The notes under the pieces were generated by a model. It worked only from the letters and a program-made list of their open reading frames with translations. It searched no databases and was not told the origin of the DNA. Source: Deltaproteobacteria bacterium (GTDB lineage Bacteria; Myxococcota_A; Polyangia; Fen-1088). From it: 64,000 nucleotides of DNA. The position numbers were made by a program, and so were the translations under genes. The stretch is taken from contig JANRKS010000035.1 of the NCBI GenBank assembly GCA_033763315.1, forward strand, positions 160,001-224,000, read 5' to 3'. Shown here in pieces: positions 9,662 to 21,610 of this stretch (position 1 is the stretch's first letter; each line of letters begins with the position of its first letter).

Positions 9662-10600
9662 TTAACGCCGGGATGGCGCAGCCCGGAAGCCGCCGCCACC
9701 ACCGCCACCGCCCCCGCGAAATGAACCACCACCGCCGCCGCGGAAAGATCCACCACCACCACCACCGCCACGCCAACCACCACCGCCGCCGGACGCGGGA
9801 GGGCGGTAACCACCCCCGCCACCGTAATAACCGCCGCCGTAATAAGGCCGCCCCCAAAAACCATAACCGCCGTAATAGGGATACCCGTAGCCGTAATAGA
9901 ACGGATCCCCCCAGTAACCGCCGTAACCCCAACCCACGCCCCAATAAGGCCCCCACCACCAGCCGGGCCCCACAGATAAGTGAATGCGGGAGTCATACGC
10001 AGGCCGGTACGCGTAACCGGGGTAACCAGGGTAATTGCCGTCGCGGCCCTGCTGGCGTTCGAACACCGTGTCTTGGGCGTACATCTCGTTGCCGCGGTTC
10101 ACGCGCCAGTTCAGCGTCACCTTCGTTGGATCCACGCCTTCTGGCAGCGCGTAATAAAGATCCAGCGTGCCGCGTTTGCCGGGCTCAATGTTCACCACCG
10201 GCGAGCCACCGCTGCCTTCCGCAAAAGCGGGCGCCACACCTTGCTGCCCGCCCAGCTGCACCGTTTGATCGCGCGCGTCCATCATCCACGGGCCGGTGTC
10301 CTTGTCGTTCGCCACGGCCAGGCGCAAATGCAAGTAAAGCGGGGCACCATTGGGCACGGGCAATTTCTCACCGCCCAGGGACATCACGTACGCGGTGCCC
10401 TTGGGGGCATCGGCGGGAATGTTGTAAGCGGAGGCGCTGGGCGTGTTCTCCGACGGCTGGGCCTGGTACGAGGCTCCGGCGGAGCGATGGGCGCAGCCTG
10501 CACCGCCCAGGATCAGGAGCGAAGCAACCGCCAAAGCCCCCGCTGCCCCCCGCAGAACCGGCGTCGTGGGAATCGTTCGTTCACTCGTCTGCTTCGTCAT
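9662..10600 (-). CDS. lipoprotein with Gly/Tyr/Arg-rich low-complexity C-terminus
   Basis: GAGC lipobox; tail of YYGG and RGGGGG repeats; start ATG 10600 with GGAG upstream. Confidence 0.65.
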   Translation of the reverse strand: MTKQTSERTIPTTPVLRGAAGALAVASLLILGGAGCAHRSAGASYQAQPSENTPSASAYNIPADAPKGTAYVMSLGGEKLPVPNGAPLYLHLRLAVANDKDTGPWMMDARDQTVQLGGQQGVAPAFAEGSGGSPVVNIEPGKRGTLDLYYALPEGVDPTKVTLNWRVNRGNEMYAQDTVFERQQGRDGNYPGYPGYAYRPAYDSRIHLSVGPGWWWGPYWGVGWGYGGYWGDPFYYGYGYPYYGGYGFWGRPYYGGGYYGGGGGYRPPASGGGGGWRGGGGGGGSFRGGGGGSFRGGGGGGGGGFRAAPSRR

Positions 10601-10715
10601 AGGGACTCCTTCAGCAAGACCCAAGCCAACTCATTAAAGCCAACGTCTCTGTAAGGAAATCTATTCCCCTGGACCCCGATATGCCAGCACCACACCAAGG
10701 AGCACCGGCCGGACC

Positions 10716-11588
10716 GTGAAACACGCTATACTTGGGCCCCCTTCCCCACTGCCAAAGCACACATTGGAAACGACCGCCGCCCCGCAAACGAACGCACAAC
10801 TGGATTCCCCCGTGTCCGAAGATGCCGCCTTACCCCACCGGGAGCCCTTGGGGACCCGCCTGGCTTGGACGCTCGTCAACCTCATTCAGGCTGTGTATTT
10901 CGCTGTGTGGACCGCATTTTGCGTGAGCTGCGCGTGTGTGGCCTTGCTGTTTTGGCGCAAGCTGCCCCTCATCATGGCGCGGCACATGTGGGCGCCGCCG
11001 CTGTTGTTCTTCGCCGGGGCCCGCATCAAAGCCAAGGGCCTGCAAAACGTGCCGCGCGATCGCCCCGTGATCTTTGTGTGCAACCACCAATCCATGTTGG
11101 ACATCGCGCTGGTGTTCAAAGTTTTGCCGGTCAACCTGCACTTTGTGCTGAAAAAGGAACTGGCCTTTGCGCCGTTTATCGGCCTGTTTGCGTGGGCCAC
11201 GGGCATGATTTTCGTGGATCGAAAGAACCGCAAGGCCGCGATTGCCAGCGTGCGACGCGTGGGCAAGATGGTAAGCGAAGGCCGCAGCATCATCGCGTTT
11301 CCCGAAGGCACGCGCTCGCGAGAGCAAACCATCTTGCCGTTCAAGAAAGGCGTCTTCGTTTCGGCGCTGTCGGCGCACGTGCCCGTGGTTCCTGTGGCGC
11401 TTGAAGGGGCCAACCGCGTGTTGCCAAGCCATGGCTTTCGCGTTCGCCCGAGCCCCGTGCGTGTCAACGTGGGGCCACCCATTTTCACCGAAGGCATGAC
11501 GGAACAAGATCGCGACGTTTTGTTGGAACGCGCCCAAAGCGCCGTCCGCGCGCTTTATGAAGAAATTCGTTTGCCGCCGTTGGCTTAG
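10716..11588 (+). CDS. plsC: 1-acyl-sn-glycerol-3-phosphate acyltransferase
   Basis: NHQSMLD, IFVDR, FPEGTRS, PFKKG, PVVPV motifs. Confidence 0.9.
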   Translation: MKHAILGPPSPLPKHTLETTAAPQTNAQLDSPVSEDAALPHREPLGTRLAWTLVNLIQAVYFAVWTAFCVSCACVALLFWRKLPLIMARHMWAPPLLFFAGARIKAKGLQNVPRDRPVIFVCNHQSMLDIALVFKVLPVNLHFVLKKELAFAPFIGLFAWATGMIFVDRKNRKAAIASVRRVGKMVSEGRSIIAFPEGTRSREQTILPFKKGVFVSALSAHVPVVPVALEGANRVLPSHGFRVRPSPVRVNVGPPIFTEGMTEQDRDVLLERAQSAVRALYEEIRLPPLA

Positions 11589-11647
11589 CGCCCGCGGGTG
11601 ATCGCGCCTGTGCGACGACGGCTTGTCGGCTATCCTTTGGAGACTGC

Positions 11648-12232
11648 ATGAAGCATCAAAGTCTGGCTCCCGGGTTATTGCTGGCTTCGCCACGCTTGGG
11701 TGATCCAAACTTCGACCACACCGTGGTGTTGCTGGGTCACCACGACAAGAAGGGCGCGCTGGGGTGGGTGATCAATGGCGAACCGCTGATGCCCGTACGC
11801 GAGTTGTTGGTGAGCTCTGGGCTGTGGACGCGAGGCCAAGATCTGCCGCCCAGCCCTTCGTTTGACCGCTTGGCCCGCGTGGGCGGCCCCGTGGATCGCG
11901 CCACGGGGTGGATCCTTTATCGCGAAAGCCACGCGGCGATGGCCAACGAATTGAGCCTGGGCCCCAACCTCACCGTCTCCGGCGACAGCGATTCATTGAG
12001 CTCCGTGATGCGCGGCGAAGGCCCGAAAGAATTCCGCCTGCTGATCGGCTATTCCGGCTGGGGCCCCGGCCAGTTGGAAGCCGAAATCAGCGCTGGGGCT
12101 TGGTTGCCGGCCCCCGTTGATCCCGCGTTGATCTTCGACACGCCCACCCACAACATGTGGCAAGACGCTTACCAGCGCTCCGTGGGCGCAAGCCCGGGCA
12201 TGTTCACAAGCACCAAACGCGGCCAAGCGTAA
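11648..12232 (+). CDS. YqgE/AlgH family protein (DUF179)
   Basis: DPNFDHTVVLL, GGPVD, GYSGWGPGQLEAEI..GAW motifs. Confidence 0.93.
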   Translation: MKHQSLAPGLLLASPRLGDPNFDHTVVLLGHHDKKGALGWVINGEPLMPVRELLVSSGLWTRGQDLPPSPSFDRLARVGGPVDRATGWILYRESHAAMANELSLGPNLTVSGDSDSLSSVMRGEGPKEFRLLIGYSGWGPGQLEAEISAGAWLPAPVDPALIFDTPTHNMWQDAYQRSVGASPGMFTSTKRGQA

Positions 12233-12248
12233 ACGCTCTGGCGCGCGG

Positions 12249-13007
12249 CTAGCGCTTCGGTGCTGCGGGCACGCCTGTGGTCGCAGGGGTCGCGGCGGGG
12301 GCTGGCGTGGCAGGTGCAGCGGCCGCAGGTGCGGCAGGCACGGGGGGCACCGGGGCGGGCAAGGGCACTGGCGCGGCTGCGGGTACGGGCTCGCCAGCGG
12401 GGGCAGCCGCCTCACCTTCGTCCTTCTCAGGCGCAGCCGCGGGCGCCACGGGCTCAGGGGGCGGCACCAAAGGGGACAACCCCAAAAGCTGCCGCCGCGT
12501 CTTATAGAGCGGGCCGCCAAACAACAATTCAGACAGACAAACGTGGTACGGAAGCTCGAGCATCTCGCGGCCCACACCGGTGCCGATCATGGCCTCTTCG
12601 TTGGTCACCACGCGCCTCACGCCGGCCTTCTCAGACCATCGCACCTCGATCTCCACGCGGTTTGATTTCATCACGTCGTCGGGCACGCGCTTCCAGTTTT
12701 CCCGCAGGACGCGCTTGATCGTCTGCAGCTGGTAAGGGCCCTCAAACGCGAACGTGGTGCGACCACCGCTTGAGTGTTTGCCGTCGGTGCGTTCGAGCTC
12801 GTTGGTATTCACCACCTCGGGCGGCTCGACTTTCTTCATCATCAACGTGTCGTGGTATTCCTGCACGCCACACACGTCGTCGAACACCACTTCCTTGGCT
12901 GGTGTTTGCGCTAAATCACGGCGCACGCCAATGCCACAGCCGCCCGCCGCCCAGGCCGTTGTGGCCACCCAGAAAATCACGCCCGTTTTGCTCATGATGT
13001 AGGACAC
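12249..13007 (-). CDS. putative lipoprotein with Pro/Ala-rich tail
   Basis: AGGC lipobox-like signal; globular core; PAPAA-rich C-terminus. Confidence 0.6.
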   Translation of the reverse strand: MSYIMSKTGVIFWVATTAWAAGGCGIGVRRDLAQTPAKEVVFDDVCGVQEYHDTLMMKKVEPPEVVNTNELERTDGKHSSGGRTTFAFEGPYQLQTIKRVLRENWKRVPDDVMKSNRVEIEVRWSEKAGVRRVVTNEEAMIGTGVGREMLELPYHVCLSELLFGGPLYKTRRQLLGLSPLVPPPEPVAPAAAPEKDEGEAAAPAGEPVPAAAPVPLPAPVPPVPAAPAAAAPATPAPAATPATTGVPAAPKR

Positions 13008-13114
13008 CTGTGGTTCGTATCGACCGTTGATGCTCCCAGGTTAACGCCAATTGCGCATAGGCCCAAGCAAAGCGGCGCAAATCCCGAACGCCGCCTGGCG
13101 AGAGTCTGAAGCTT

Positions 13115-15448
13115 TCACTTCGTGGACAGACGCTTTTTGGCCGTTTTCGGGGTCCGTGTGGCCCCGGCGCTCAACGCTCGCGCCACGGTCGGATCGATCA
13201 CCTTGGGCGCCGGCTTCGCGGCTGGCGCCGACGGCGGAGTGTCAGACGCCGGCTCGGGGTCGGCGGCCGTCAAAGGCGGGCTGGGGCCACCTGTGCCTTC
13301 AGACAAAACCAGGTTGTCTTCGTCTTCGTCGTCGCCCCGTGTATTTGTGGTCTTTCGCACGAACGCCTCGATCGGCTTTTCAAGCTTGCCCTTGATGTTG
13401 CCCTCGAGCACATCCACCTTGATCGGGTTCTGCAGCTGGAAGTAATAGCCGCGGCTCGACATCTTGAATTCGTAGGCGCTGCCCTCGTGAACGAACCGCT
13501 TGCGGTAAGCAAGCTTCTGATCGCCCAGGCGTTCGAACGCCGAATGCTTGAGCACAAAACCAAACAAGCGCACCGCCCGGTTGTTCACCAAGCGATGACA
13601 ACCATGCGAATACCGACGCGCGATCGACGTGTAATCCACCGAGCCATGCGTGCGAATTTGGTTGTCATACCCCGAAGGCATCTGGTGAATGGCCATCACC
13701 ATTCCGTACGCCGAGGCAAAGCCAGGCCCGATGACATCTGTGTTCACCACCGTTTCGGGCCGACCAAACACATCGAACTTCTTGCGCGTGAGCAGATCTT
13801 TGGGCTGCGTGCCGTCGGGCGCGATCCACACCGGCGAAACCACGATGTTCTTCCACACGCGCGGCCCCACGTCTGAGTTCTTGTACTTGTAATAGACGTT
13901 GCCATCGGGGTGACGTTCGCTGCGCCACGATCCGATGGTGGTGCGCCAATGCACCAAAGCGATGCGCTGGTTGTTCCACCGCACAAACAGCGTAAGATGC
14001 GGGTAATGTTGCCGCGGCTGGGGGCGTTGCTCGCCCTTGTCGTCGAAGGGAAAGTCGTACCACACGTCGCCGCGATCAATCTCGGCTTCAAGTTGCATCA
14101 CGTCGGCGTAATAAGGCGGCTTGGGTGGCGATTTGAACGCCACCTTCAGGGTGCCCAAAACCTCGGCGGAAACGCTGCCGAACCGCCGCTGCACGTCTTC
14201 GGGCGCAGCGACACCCAGGGCCGCCAGCAACGCGTCGCGGTTCGCGCCCACCAAATCTTGCACCTGCCGATCGTTGCCCGCTTCGTCTTTATAGTGCGCG
14301 GCTTTGCCCAAGCCCAGCGCCGATTCATCTTCAAGCACGCTAGCGGCATCGGCCACCCGCTCGGTGACCAGGCGCTTGAACGTTTCAAAATGCAACTGTA
14401 AGGGCGATCGTTTCAACGCCTCTAGCGTCTCATCCGCCAACATGCCCCAACTGAAAATGTTGTTCTTGCGTTCAAACTCGGCCAGCGCTTCGTGTGTGGC
14501 CAAATCAAACATGCCCGGCGTGAACTTCGCCACCAACAAGCCTTCGCACACCAAACGTTGCTGCGTGGCCTTGACCGCAGCCACCCGCAGCAGCCCCTGC
14601 TGGTAACGCCGCACACGAGCCGCAAATTTCGGATCCGCCGCCAAGGCCTGCAGCTCTGCGGCTTCTGTGGTTTCCGCCCAAGCGTCGGGGTGTTCTTGCT
14701 TCAGTTTTTCGCTGCGCAGCTTCACCCACCGCGTGTCTTCTTGCACAAGCGCAAACTCGCGTTTGGCCTGCAGCATCGACTGGTACGAAACGCTGCCCGC
14801 AAACGCTTGCAAGGCAGCCATATCCACCTGCGCGTAGCAACCTTCGTTTGCCGCGTCTGTGGCCATCCGCTTTTGCAGCACCGTGATGGTGGGCGGAATG
14901 CCAAACGGCTCGAGGAAGTTGTTGGGTGGCTGCTTTTGCAACCGTCGCAAACCCTTTTGGCGGCTCTTCTTGCGCTCTTCCTCAAACGCGCGTCGCGCGG
15001 CCGGGGCCATGCCCAGCGGCTCTGCAGGCACGGCCTTGGTGGGCCCGGCGCCTCGCAGGTAAAGCACGTCGGGATCCACGCGATCATTGGCCAGGTCGAT
15101 AAACGTTTGGCGGTACGCCTGCGGCTTGGGCTCTTGGGCTTCGGCGTCGCGTTCACTCAAAATGAACGGCACCCAATTGTCTGAAAGATCCACAACCGTG
15201 AGGCCTTGCGCTTGCGCCTCATGCAGCGGGATCGTTTTGCCTTTCCCCGCTTGCATGGCGTAAGCGTGGCCGGCGGCCAGGACGCCTTTTTGCCAGGGCG
15301 CTGGGGGTGGCTCCTGCGGTTTCGCTGCGCCCGCCTTCGATGACGACTTCGGCTGGTGTCGCTTGGTCTTTTCGGGTTGGCAACCAAACACAAGCGCCAG
15401 CGGCGCCAGCAACAAAAGAGGCTTTAAGCGAAACAGCATAAGCAACAA
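13115..15448 (-). CDS. L,D-transpeptidase (YkuD) family lipoprotein with peptidoglycan-binding domain
   Basis: Catalytic HGS...SHGCHRL; PG-binding-like GMFDLATHEALAEFER; VFGC lipobox. Confidence 0.8.
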   Translation of the reverse strand: MLLMLFRLKPLLLLAPLALVFGCQPEKTKRHQPKSSSKAGAAKPQEPPPAPWQKGVLAAGHAYAMQAGKGKTIPLHEAQAQGLTVVDLSDNWVPFILSERDAEAQEPKPQAYRQTFIDLANDRVDPDVLYLRGAGPTKAVPAEPLGMAPAARRAFEEERKKSRQKGLRRLQKQPPNNFLEPFGIPPTITVLQKRMATDAANEGCYAQVDMAALQAFAGSVSYQSMLQAKREFALVQEDTRWVKLRSEKLKQEHPDAWAETTEAAELQALAADPKFAARVRRYQQGLLRVAAVKATQQRLVCEGLLVAKFTPGMFDLATHEALAEFERKNNIFSWGMLADETLEALKRSPLQLHFETFKRLVTERVADAASVLEDESALGLGKAAHYKDEAGNDRQVQDLVGANRDALLAALGVAAPEDVQRRFGSVSAEVLGTLKVAFKSPPKPPYYADVMQLEAEIDRGDVWYDFPFDDKGEQRPQPRQHYPHLTLFVRWNNQRIALVHWRTTIGSWRSERHPDGNVYYKYKNSDVGPRVWKNIVVSPVWIAPDGTQPKDLLTRKKFDVFGRPETVVNTDVIGPGFASAYGMVMAIHQMPSGYDNQIRTHGSVDYTSIARRYSHGCHRLVNNRAVRLFGFVLKHSAFERLGDQKLAYRKRFVHEGSAYEFKMSSRGYYFQLQNPIKVDVLEGNIKGKLEKPIEAFVRKTTNTRGDDEDEDNLVLSEGTGGPSPPLTAADPEPASDTPPSAPAAKPAPKVIDPTVARALSAGATRTPKTAKKRLSTK

Positions 15449-15453
15449 CCGCG

Positions 15454-15939
15454 TTAGTCGCGGAAGTTTACGAACTGCAAGTCCAGTCCGTAATCCTCCT
15501 TCCTCAAAAAGGCGATCACGGATTGCAGGTCGTCACGGTTCTTACCCGTCACGCGCAGCTCATCACCTTGGATGGATGCCTGCACCTTGAATTTTTCGTC
15601 TTTGAGGCGCTTGACGATCTTCTTGGCGACGTCGCTTTCGATGCCCTGCTTGATCTTCACCACCTGCCGCACGGTTTTGTGGGTGGCGTCTTCCAGCTTC
15701 TGCGGATCCAGGCACCGCGGGGAAACGCCGCGCTTGACCAGCCGCTCACGCAAGATCTGCAGCGCGGCCTCAAGGTGCTCCACGTCGCTGGTGCGCACCG
15801 TGATGGTTTCGTCCTTGAGCTCAAAGGCGCTGTTCGTGCCCCGAAAATCGTAGCGTGTCGTGATTTCCTTCTGGGCCACGTTCACGGCGTTGTCGAGTTC
15901 CATCAAATCAACCTTGGACACCACATCAAAAGACGGCAT
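15454..15939 (-). CDS. yajQ: YajQ family nucleotide/c-di-GMP-binding protein
   Basis: MPSFDVVS, RYDFRG, VQASIQGDELRVTGKNRDDLQ, LQFVNFRD. Confidence 0.96.
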   Translation of the reverse strand: MPSFDVVSKVDLMELDNAVNVAQKEITTRYDFRGTNSAFELKDETITVRTSDVEHLEAALQILRERLVKRGVSPRCLDPQKLEDATHKTVRQVVKIKQGIESDVAKKIVKRLKDEKFKVQASIQGDELRVTGKNRDDLQSVIAFLRKEDYGLDLQFVNFRD

Positions 15940-16052
15940 GGAGGGGTTTTTTATCAGATTTTCGACGAACCAACCTGAAACCGATGCGTAACGGCGGCAT
16001 ACTTTAGATTGAGGGATAAGGCGAAACTGCCGATCCCTTCAGAAGGAGGCAT

Positions 16053-16817
16053 TTGCCCATGACCGCTGCAATTTCGGTGAAGCAACTTCCCCGCGTGGTG
16101 GCCAACTTCGACCGCGCTGGGGCCATCCCTGCCGATTATTCGGCCGGCCGGCACATCGCCACCACCCTGACTCTCAGCGCCATCATCATCACCGCAGCCA
16201 TGTTCCTGGCGGTCAAGGCCCAGCCCATCGATTGGCTGCTGCTGCCGGCGTTTTGGCTGGCGGGCAACTTTATCGAGTGGGCGTTCCACAAGGGCCCCAT
16301 GCACCGGCCCACCAAGGCGCGGATTCTTTACGTGAACCACACGCTGATTCACCACCGCGCCTTTTTGCACAACACGATGCCGGTGCAAAACTTCCGCGAG
16401 TTCGGCCTCATCTTGATGCCGTGGTACACGATGATGCTGCTGCTGGTGCTGGCGTCGCCGATTGCGGTCGCCGCTTGGGCGTGGCGGGGTCCAGGCGCGG
16501 TCGGGATCTTCTATCTGTTCGCCATGAGCTACTTCTTGTTCTACGAAGTGCTGCACGGCCTTTATCACACGCCCGAAGCCTTTCAGCGCCGGTTCGGCCT
16601 GTGGAACAACCGCGTGTTCAAGTTCCTGCAGCACCACCACGCGCACCACCACCGGTTGGATCGGATGTCGCACAAAAACTTCAACGTCACGGTTCCTCTG
16701 TTCGACACGTTGATGGGCACGCGGGAGAAGCCGGGCTTAGACGCAGACGCGCACGCCACGGCGGAAGCGTGGGATCAAGAGATGGGGGCGGAGGAGCGGA
16801 AGGAAGCGGAGAAGTAG
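16053..16817 (+). CDS. sterol desaturase / fatty acid hydroxylase family membrane protein
   Basis: His boxes HKGPMH, HTLIHH, HGLYH, HHAHHH; NFNVT..FDTLMGT. Confidence 0.85.
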   Translation: MPMTAAISVKQLPRVVANFDRAGAIPADYSAGRHIATTLTLSAIIITAAMFLAVKAQPIDWLLLPAFWLAGNFIEWAFHKGPMHRPTKARILYVNHTLIHHRAFLHNTMPVQNFREFGLILMPWYTMMLLLVLASPIAVAAWAWRGPGAVGIFYLFAMSYFLFYEVLHGLYHTPEAFQRRFGLWNNRVFKFLQHHHAHHHRLDRMSHKNFNVTVPLFDTLMGTREKPGLDADAHATAEAWDQEMGAEERKEAEK

Positions 16818-16834
16818 GCGGCGAGGCAACACGA

Positions 16835-16873
16835 AAAAAGCGCCAGGGCTAAGGAGGTGCGCCGGCGCTTTTT
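16835..16873. terminator. probable bidirectional intrinsic terminator
   Basis: Inverted repeat AAAAAGCGCC (16835-16844) / GGCGCTTTTT (16864-16873) between convergent genes. Confidence 0.65.
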
Positions 16874-16894
16874 GTTGGACGACCCTGAAACCTT

Positions 16895-18106
16895 TTATTG
16901 AGCCTTGAGTGCCGTGCTTGCGTTGCCGCGGTTGTCTCGGAACGACACAGCGTTGCCCTGTACACAGTAATCCTGAACGACCATCACGGGACCCGAAGCG
17001 AGTGTAAGTTTGTTTCCCGCCGTCGAGAACGTCCCTGTCGTCGTTTGAGGTGGGCCCGCCTGCAAGCCCGAGCAAACGCAGTTTGTGTCCACGCTGCCGC
17101 TACAGGACCACGAGTAACCCGCGGCAGTCACGATCTTGGCGGCGACGGCGGCGCAGGTGGTGCTGCCTTCGCCCTTTTGAAACGCCGTGCAGGTCGCATC
17201 GGCCACGATGTCGGAGCGGGAGGATGCGGTGGTCACTTGTTCGTAGTTGGCATCCGTGAATGTGATGCTGCCCGAGTTTTCAATGGTGGCGGCCACTGAT
17301 GCTTTTCCCGTGCCGCAGGTGACGATTTCGGTGGTGGTGCCTGTCTTTGCGCAACTGGAGGTTAGATTGTATTTTCCGGCAAGCGTACCGCCACAACTGT
17401 CAATCTTGGGGCAGTACGTGCTGGCACCTTGGGGGCCGCCCGCTCCGCCTTCTCCCAACAACACAGCAAAGGTGCCCGCTCGAGACGTCAACGCGGTGAC
17501 GGAGGCATCGCCCTGCCGCCAAGCGGATAGCAGCGCGATCCAAACTTTGGCGACGTCGTCGTACCAAGCGATCGTGGGCGTTTTGCCCGCAGGCAGGTCC
17601 GCGGGAACCGGAAGCGTCACAGAGATCGGCGAACTGAAGGTCGTCCCGGCGGGGCTGAAGTTATAGATGCTGCCCGACACGTCCATGCGATTGGGCGTGT
17701 TGTTGACTGGCTGCGATGTTGTAAGGGTGACGTTGGTGTTGGTGGCAATCGAGCCGCCCAAGACAGTGACGGTGCCGCCTCCCACTTGCACTTGGCCGCC
17801 ACCAGTCGTTGTGATGGTGCCCATCGCCGTGGTGGGGGCCGCGTCGGCGCCCGCATCGCTTGAGGTTCCGCCGTCGCCCGTGCTGCCATCAGCCGCCCCA
17901 CCATCACTTAAGGCATCGCCGGCTGAGTCGATCCCACCGTCACCACTGGCATCCCCAACGGGCGCATCCATATCGCCGCCCATCATGTTGGCATCCCCGG
18001 GCACGCCGGTGTCCCAGCCCGCCAATGGCGAAAGACCATCGTCATCACCACACCCCGCCGCCAAACCTGCGCCCACAATCAATAACGTCAATACCCGCGT
18101 TTTCAT
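16895..18106 (-). CDS. Cys-rich lipoprotein with ZU5-like domain
   Basis: AAGC lipobox; DGG/DAG linker; YNFSPAGTTFSSPISVTLP; CGG..GKY..SC and C-S-C motifs typical of myxobacterial surface proteins. Confidence 0.65.
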   Translation of the reverse strand: MKTRVLTLLIVGAGLAAGCGDDDGLSPLAGWDTGVPGDANMMGGDMDAPVGDASGDGGIDSAGDALSDGGAADGSTGDGGTSSDAGADAAPTTAMGTITTTGGGQVQVGGGTVTVLGGSIATNTNVTLTTSQPVNNTPNRMDVSGSIYNFSPAGTTFSSPISVTLPVPADLPAGKTPTIAWYDDVAKVWIALLSAWRQGDASVTALTSRAGTFAVLLGEGGAGGPQGASTYCPKIDSCGGTLAGKYNLTSSCAKTGTTTEIVTCGTGKASVAATIENSGSITFTDANYEQVTTASSRSDIVADATCTAFQKGEGSTTCAAVAAKIVTAAGYSWSCSGSVDTNCVCSGLQAGPPQTTTGTFSTAGNKLTLASGPVMVVQDYCVQGNAVSFRDNRGNASTALKAQ

Positions 18107-18246
18107 GAAGATCCGTTCTCCCTTGGCCGTCCCACTGATCGCGACGAGGGTAAAGGATCACCGCGTAAAAAGTCAAAGCTTCCGCTGTGACGCTGGACAA
18201 ACGACGCCTTTACCTGGTGCGCGCGTTGGCGTAGCTTACGACCCCA

Positions 18247-19137
18247 ATGGCAAATCGATTAGGTAGCACTATGAAGACGATTGCAGGCAGAACTTCACAA
18301 ACGGCACGCTTGAGCCGCCGGGGTTTGCTGGGGCACGCCGCCGCGGGCGGGCTGGCCACCCTGCTGATGGGTCGGGGCCAGGCGATTGCGGCCGCCCCCA
18401 AGGCGCCGCTGCTGAAGTTGGGTTTGGCTTCGTATTCACTGCGCAAGCTATCGGTGGATCAACTGATCGAAGCGTGCGGCAAGTTGGACTTGCGCTACCT
18501 CACGCTCAAAGACATGCACCTGCCGCGCGAGCCGAAGGCGTTGCAAGACGCGGTGGCGAAATTCAAAGCCGCCAACATCACCATCATGGGTGCGGGCGTG
18601 ATCTACATGAAGAACGAGCCCGAAAAAGTCCGCAAAGATTTCGAATACGCGCGCGATGCGGGTGTGCCGCTGATCGTTGCCGCACCTGACATCGACGCTT
18701 TGGATTTGGTGGAAGGCCTGGTCAAGGAGTTCAACATACCTGTGGCGATCCACAACCACGGCCCCGAAGACAAACTTTACCCGGGCCCATCGGATGTGAT
18801 GAAACACATCGCCAAACGCGACAAGCGCATGGGCGTTTGCATGGATGTGGGGCACACGGTGCGCGCGGGCGAAGATCCGGTGGCGCTGGTGAGCAAACTT
18901 GGCGCGCGGCTTTTCGATCTACACGTCAAAGATCTGAAAGATCCCAAAGACAAGGCCAGCCAGATCGAATCAGGCAAGGGCGTGATCGATTTGGTGGGCT
19001 TGTGCAAAGCGCTTCAGAAGCGCAAATACCAAGGCCAAGTGGGCCTTGAATACGAGATCCACGAAAACGATCCGCTGCCCGGGATCGCGGAATCGTTGGC
19101 GTATTTGCGTGGCGTGATTGCCGGCATTCGCGCTTAA
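18247..19137 (+). CDS. sugar phosphate isomerase/epimerase (xylose-isomerase-like TIM barrel), Tat-exported
   Basis: SRRGLL Tat motif; AIHNHGP, CMDVGH, LHVKD, GLEYE. Confidence 0.85.
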   Translation: MANRLGSTMKTIAGRTSQTARLSRRGLLGHAAAGGLATLLMGRGQAIAAAPKAPLLKLGLASYSLRKLSVDQLIEACGKLDLRYLTLKDMHLPREPKALQDAVAKFKAANITIMGAGVIYMKNEPEKVRKDFEYARDAGVPLIVAAPDIDALDLVEGLVKEFNIPVAIHNHGPEDKLYPGPSDVMKHIAKRDKRMGVCMDVGHTVRAGEDPVALVSKLGARLFDLHVKDLKDPKDKASQIESGKGVIDLVGLCKALQKRKYQGQVGLEYEIHENDPLPGIAESLAYLRGVIAGIRA

Positions 19138-19559
19138 GACGCGGTGATCACCAGCGCGCCCTTGTACATCCCCATCCCGCACGTGAACGACAGTTCTTGC
19201 GGCTGCTGCGCGGGGATGGTGACGGTCACGTCCTCGTTCAGCGGGAGATCCTTGCGAATGTTCAGCTTGGGGAACACCAAGGTGTCGCCGCAGTTCTGCT
19301 CGTCGACGCGGCGAAAGATCAGCGTGGTGTCTTTGCCTGCGGGGGCGGTGATCGAGGCTGGGGTGTAGCCGTCTTTGCTGACGGTGACCCGCGTGACGCC
19401 GGCGGGCGTGGGAGGGGCGGCAGGGGCTGCGGGGGCTGCGGCGGGGGGCTCAACGGTGGGAGATTTGGCTTTGCACCCTGCCCCGGCGGTGAACAAAACG
19501 CCGAAAAGGGCGGCAGGAAGGGCTGCGCTGCGAAGGAGGGAGAAGTTGTGGTTTCGCAT
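19134..19559 (-). CDS. cupredoxin domain lipoprotein
   Basis: GAGC lipobox; GYTPASIT; FTCGMGMYKG; start ATG 19559. Confidence 0.85.
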   Translation of the reverse strand: MRNHNFSLLRSAALPAALFGVLFTAGAGCKAKSPTVEPPAAAPAAPAAPPTPAGVTRVTVSKDGYTPASITAPAGKDTTLIFRRVDEQNCGDTLVFPKLNIRKDLPLNEDVTVTIPAQQPQELSFTCGMGMYKGALVITAS

Positions 19560-19628
19560 CCCGAAAGCCAAGCACACCCGCCCACCAAAATCCTGCTGTC
19601 GGCGGCTCAAAGATCCCCGATTTCTTAA

Positions 19629-19657
19629 TTGACACCCCGAATGGCGACCCTTATATC
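19629..19657 (+). promoter_or_regulatory. sigma70-like promoter of tRNA-Asp
   Basis: Perfect TTGACA at 19629-19634, 17 bp spacer, TATATC at 19652-19657, about 50 bp upstream of the tRNA. Confidence 0.55.
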
Positions 19658-19710
19658 TACCACCCCTGGCAGCCGGGCCCGCCCAGCCGTCAGGACTGAA
19701 AACCGAATAT

Positions 19711-21217
<1,507 letters not shown>

Positions 21218-21221
<4 letters not shown>

Positions 21222-21610
21222 TTCCTCTCCCGACGAGCCCGCGACTTTTCGAGGATGCGGTCCGCCTGATCCTCGTTGGACGCGAGGTCGTTGTTGTCTA
21301 TTCGTCTCGCCTCAAGAAATTGGTGAAGTTCTTTCGGGTCGATGAGGTTGCCGCGAGGTCCGTAGCCCTTGAGCCCCTCCAGACGCCACCGTCGAAGAGT
21401 CTTCGGTGATCGAGAAATCAGCGTGGCGGCCTTCGTGATTGTAAGGAAGCGGCGACCACCGCCGGAGCTTGCTCGCCGAGCCGGGAGCCGCTGCTCAAGG
21501 AAGTTCATGATCTCCCGCCTGAGGTCCGCAACTGCCTCCTCAACAGCGGCGCGGGCGACCTCGCCAATCGCTTCGTCGACTGAAGCTCGCCGAGCAGTGA
21601 CCCTTGTCAT
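21218..21610 (-). CDS. HTH_17/excisionase-like DNA-binding protein
   Basis: FLTITKAATLISRSPKTLRRW helix-turn-helix; 4-nt overlap with int start. Confidence 0.75.

Noticed and set aside
9680-9960. CCACCACCG-type tandem repeats as CRISPR or VNTR
   Set aside because: They are Gly codons of the minus-strand lipoprotein; there is no repeat-spacer structure.
19380-19560. G-rich tract near the tRNA
   Set aside because: Largely explained by Pro/Ala codons of the minus-strand cupredoxin gene.
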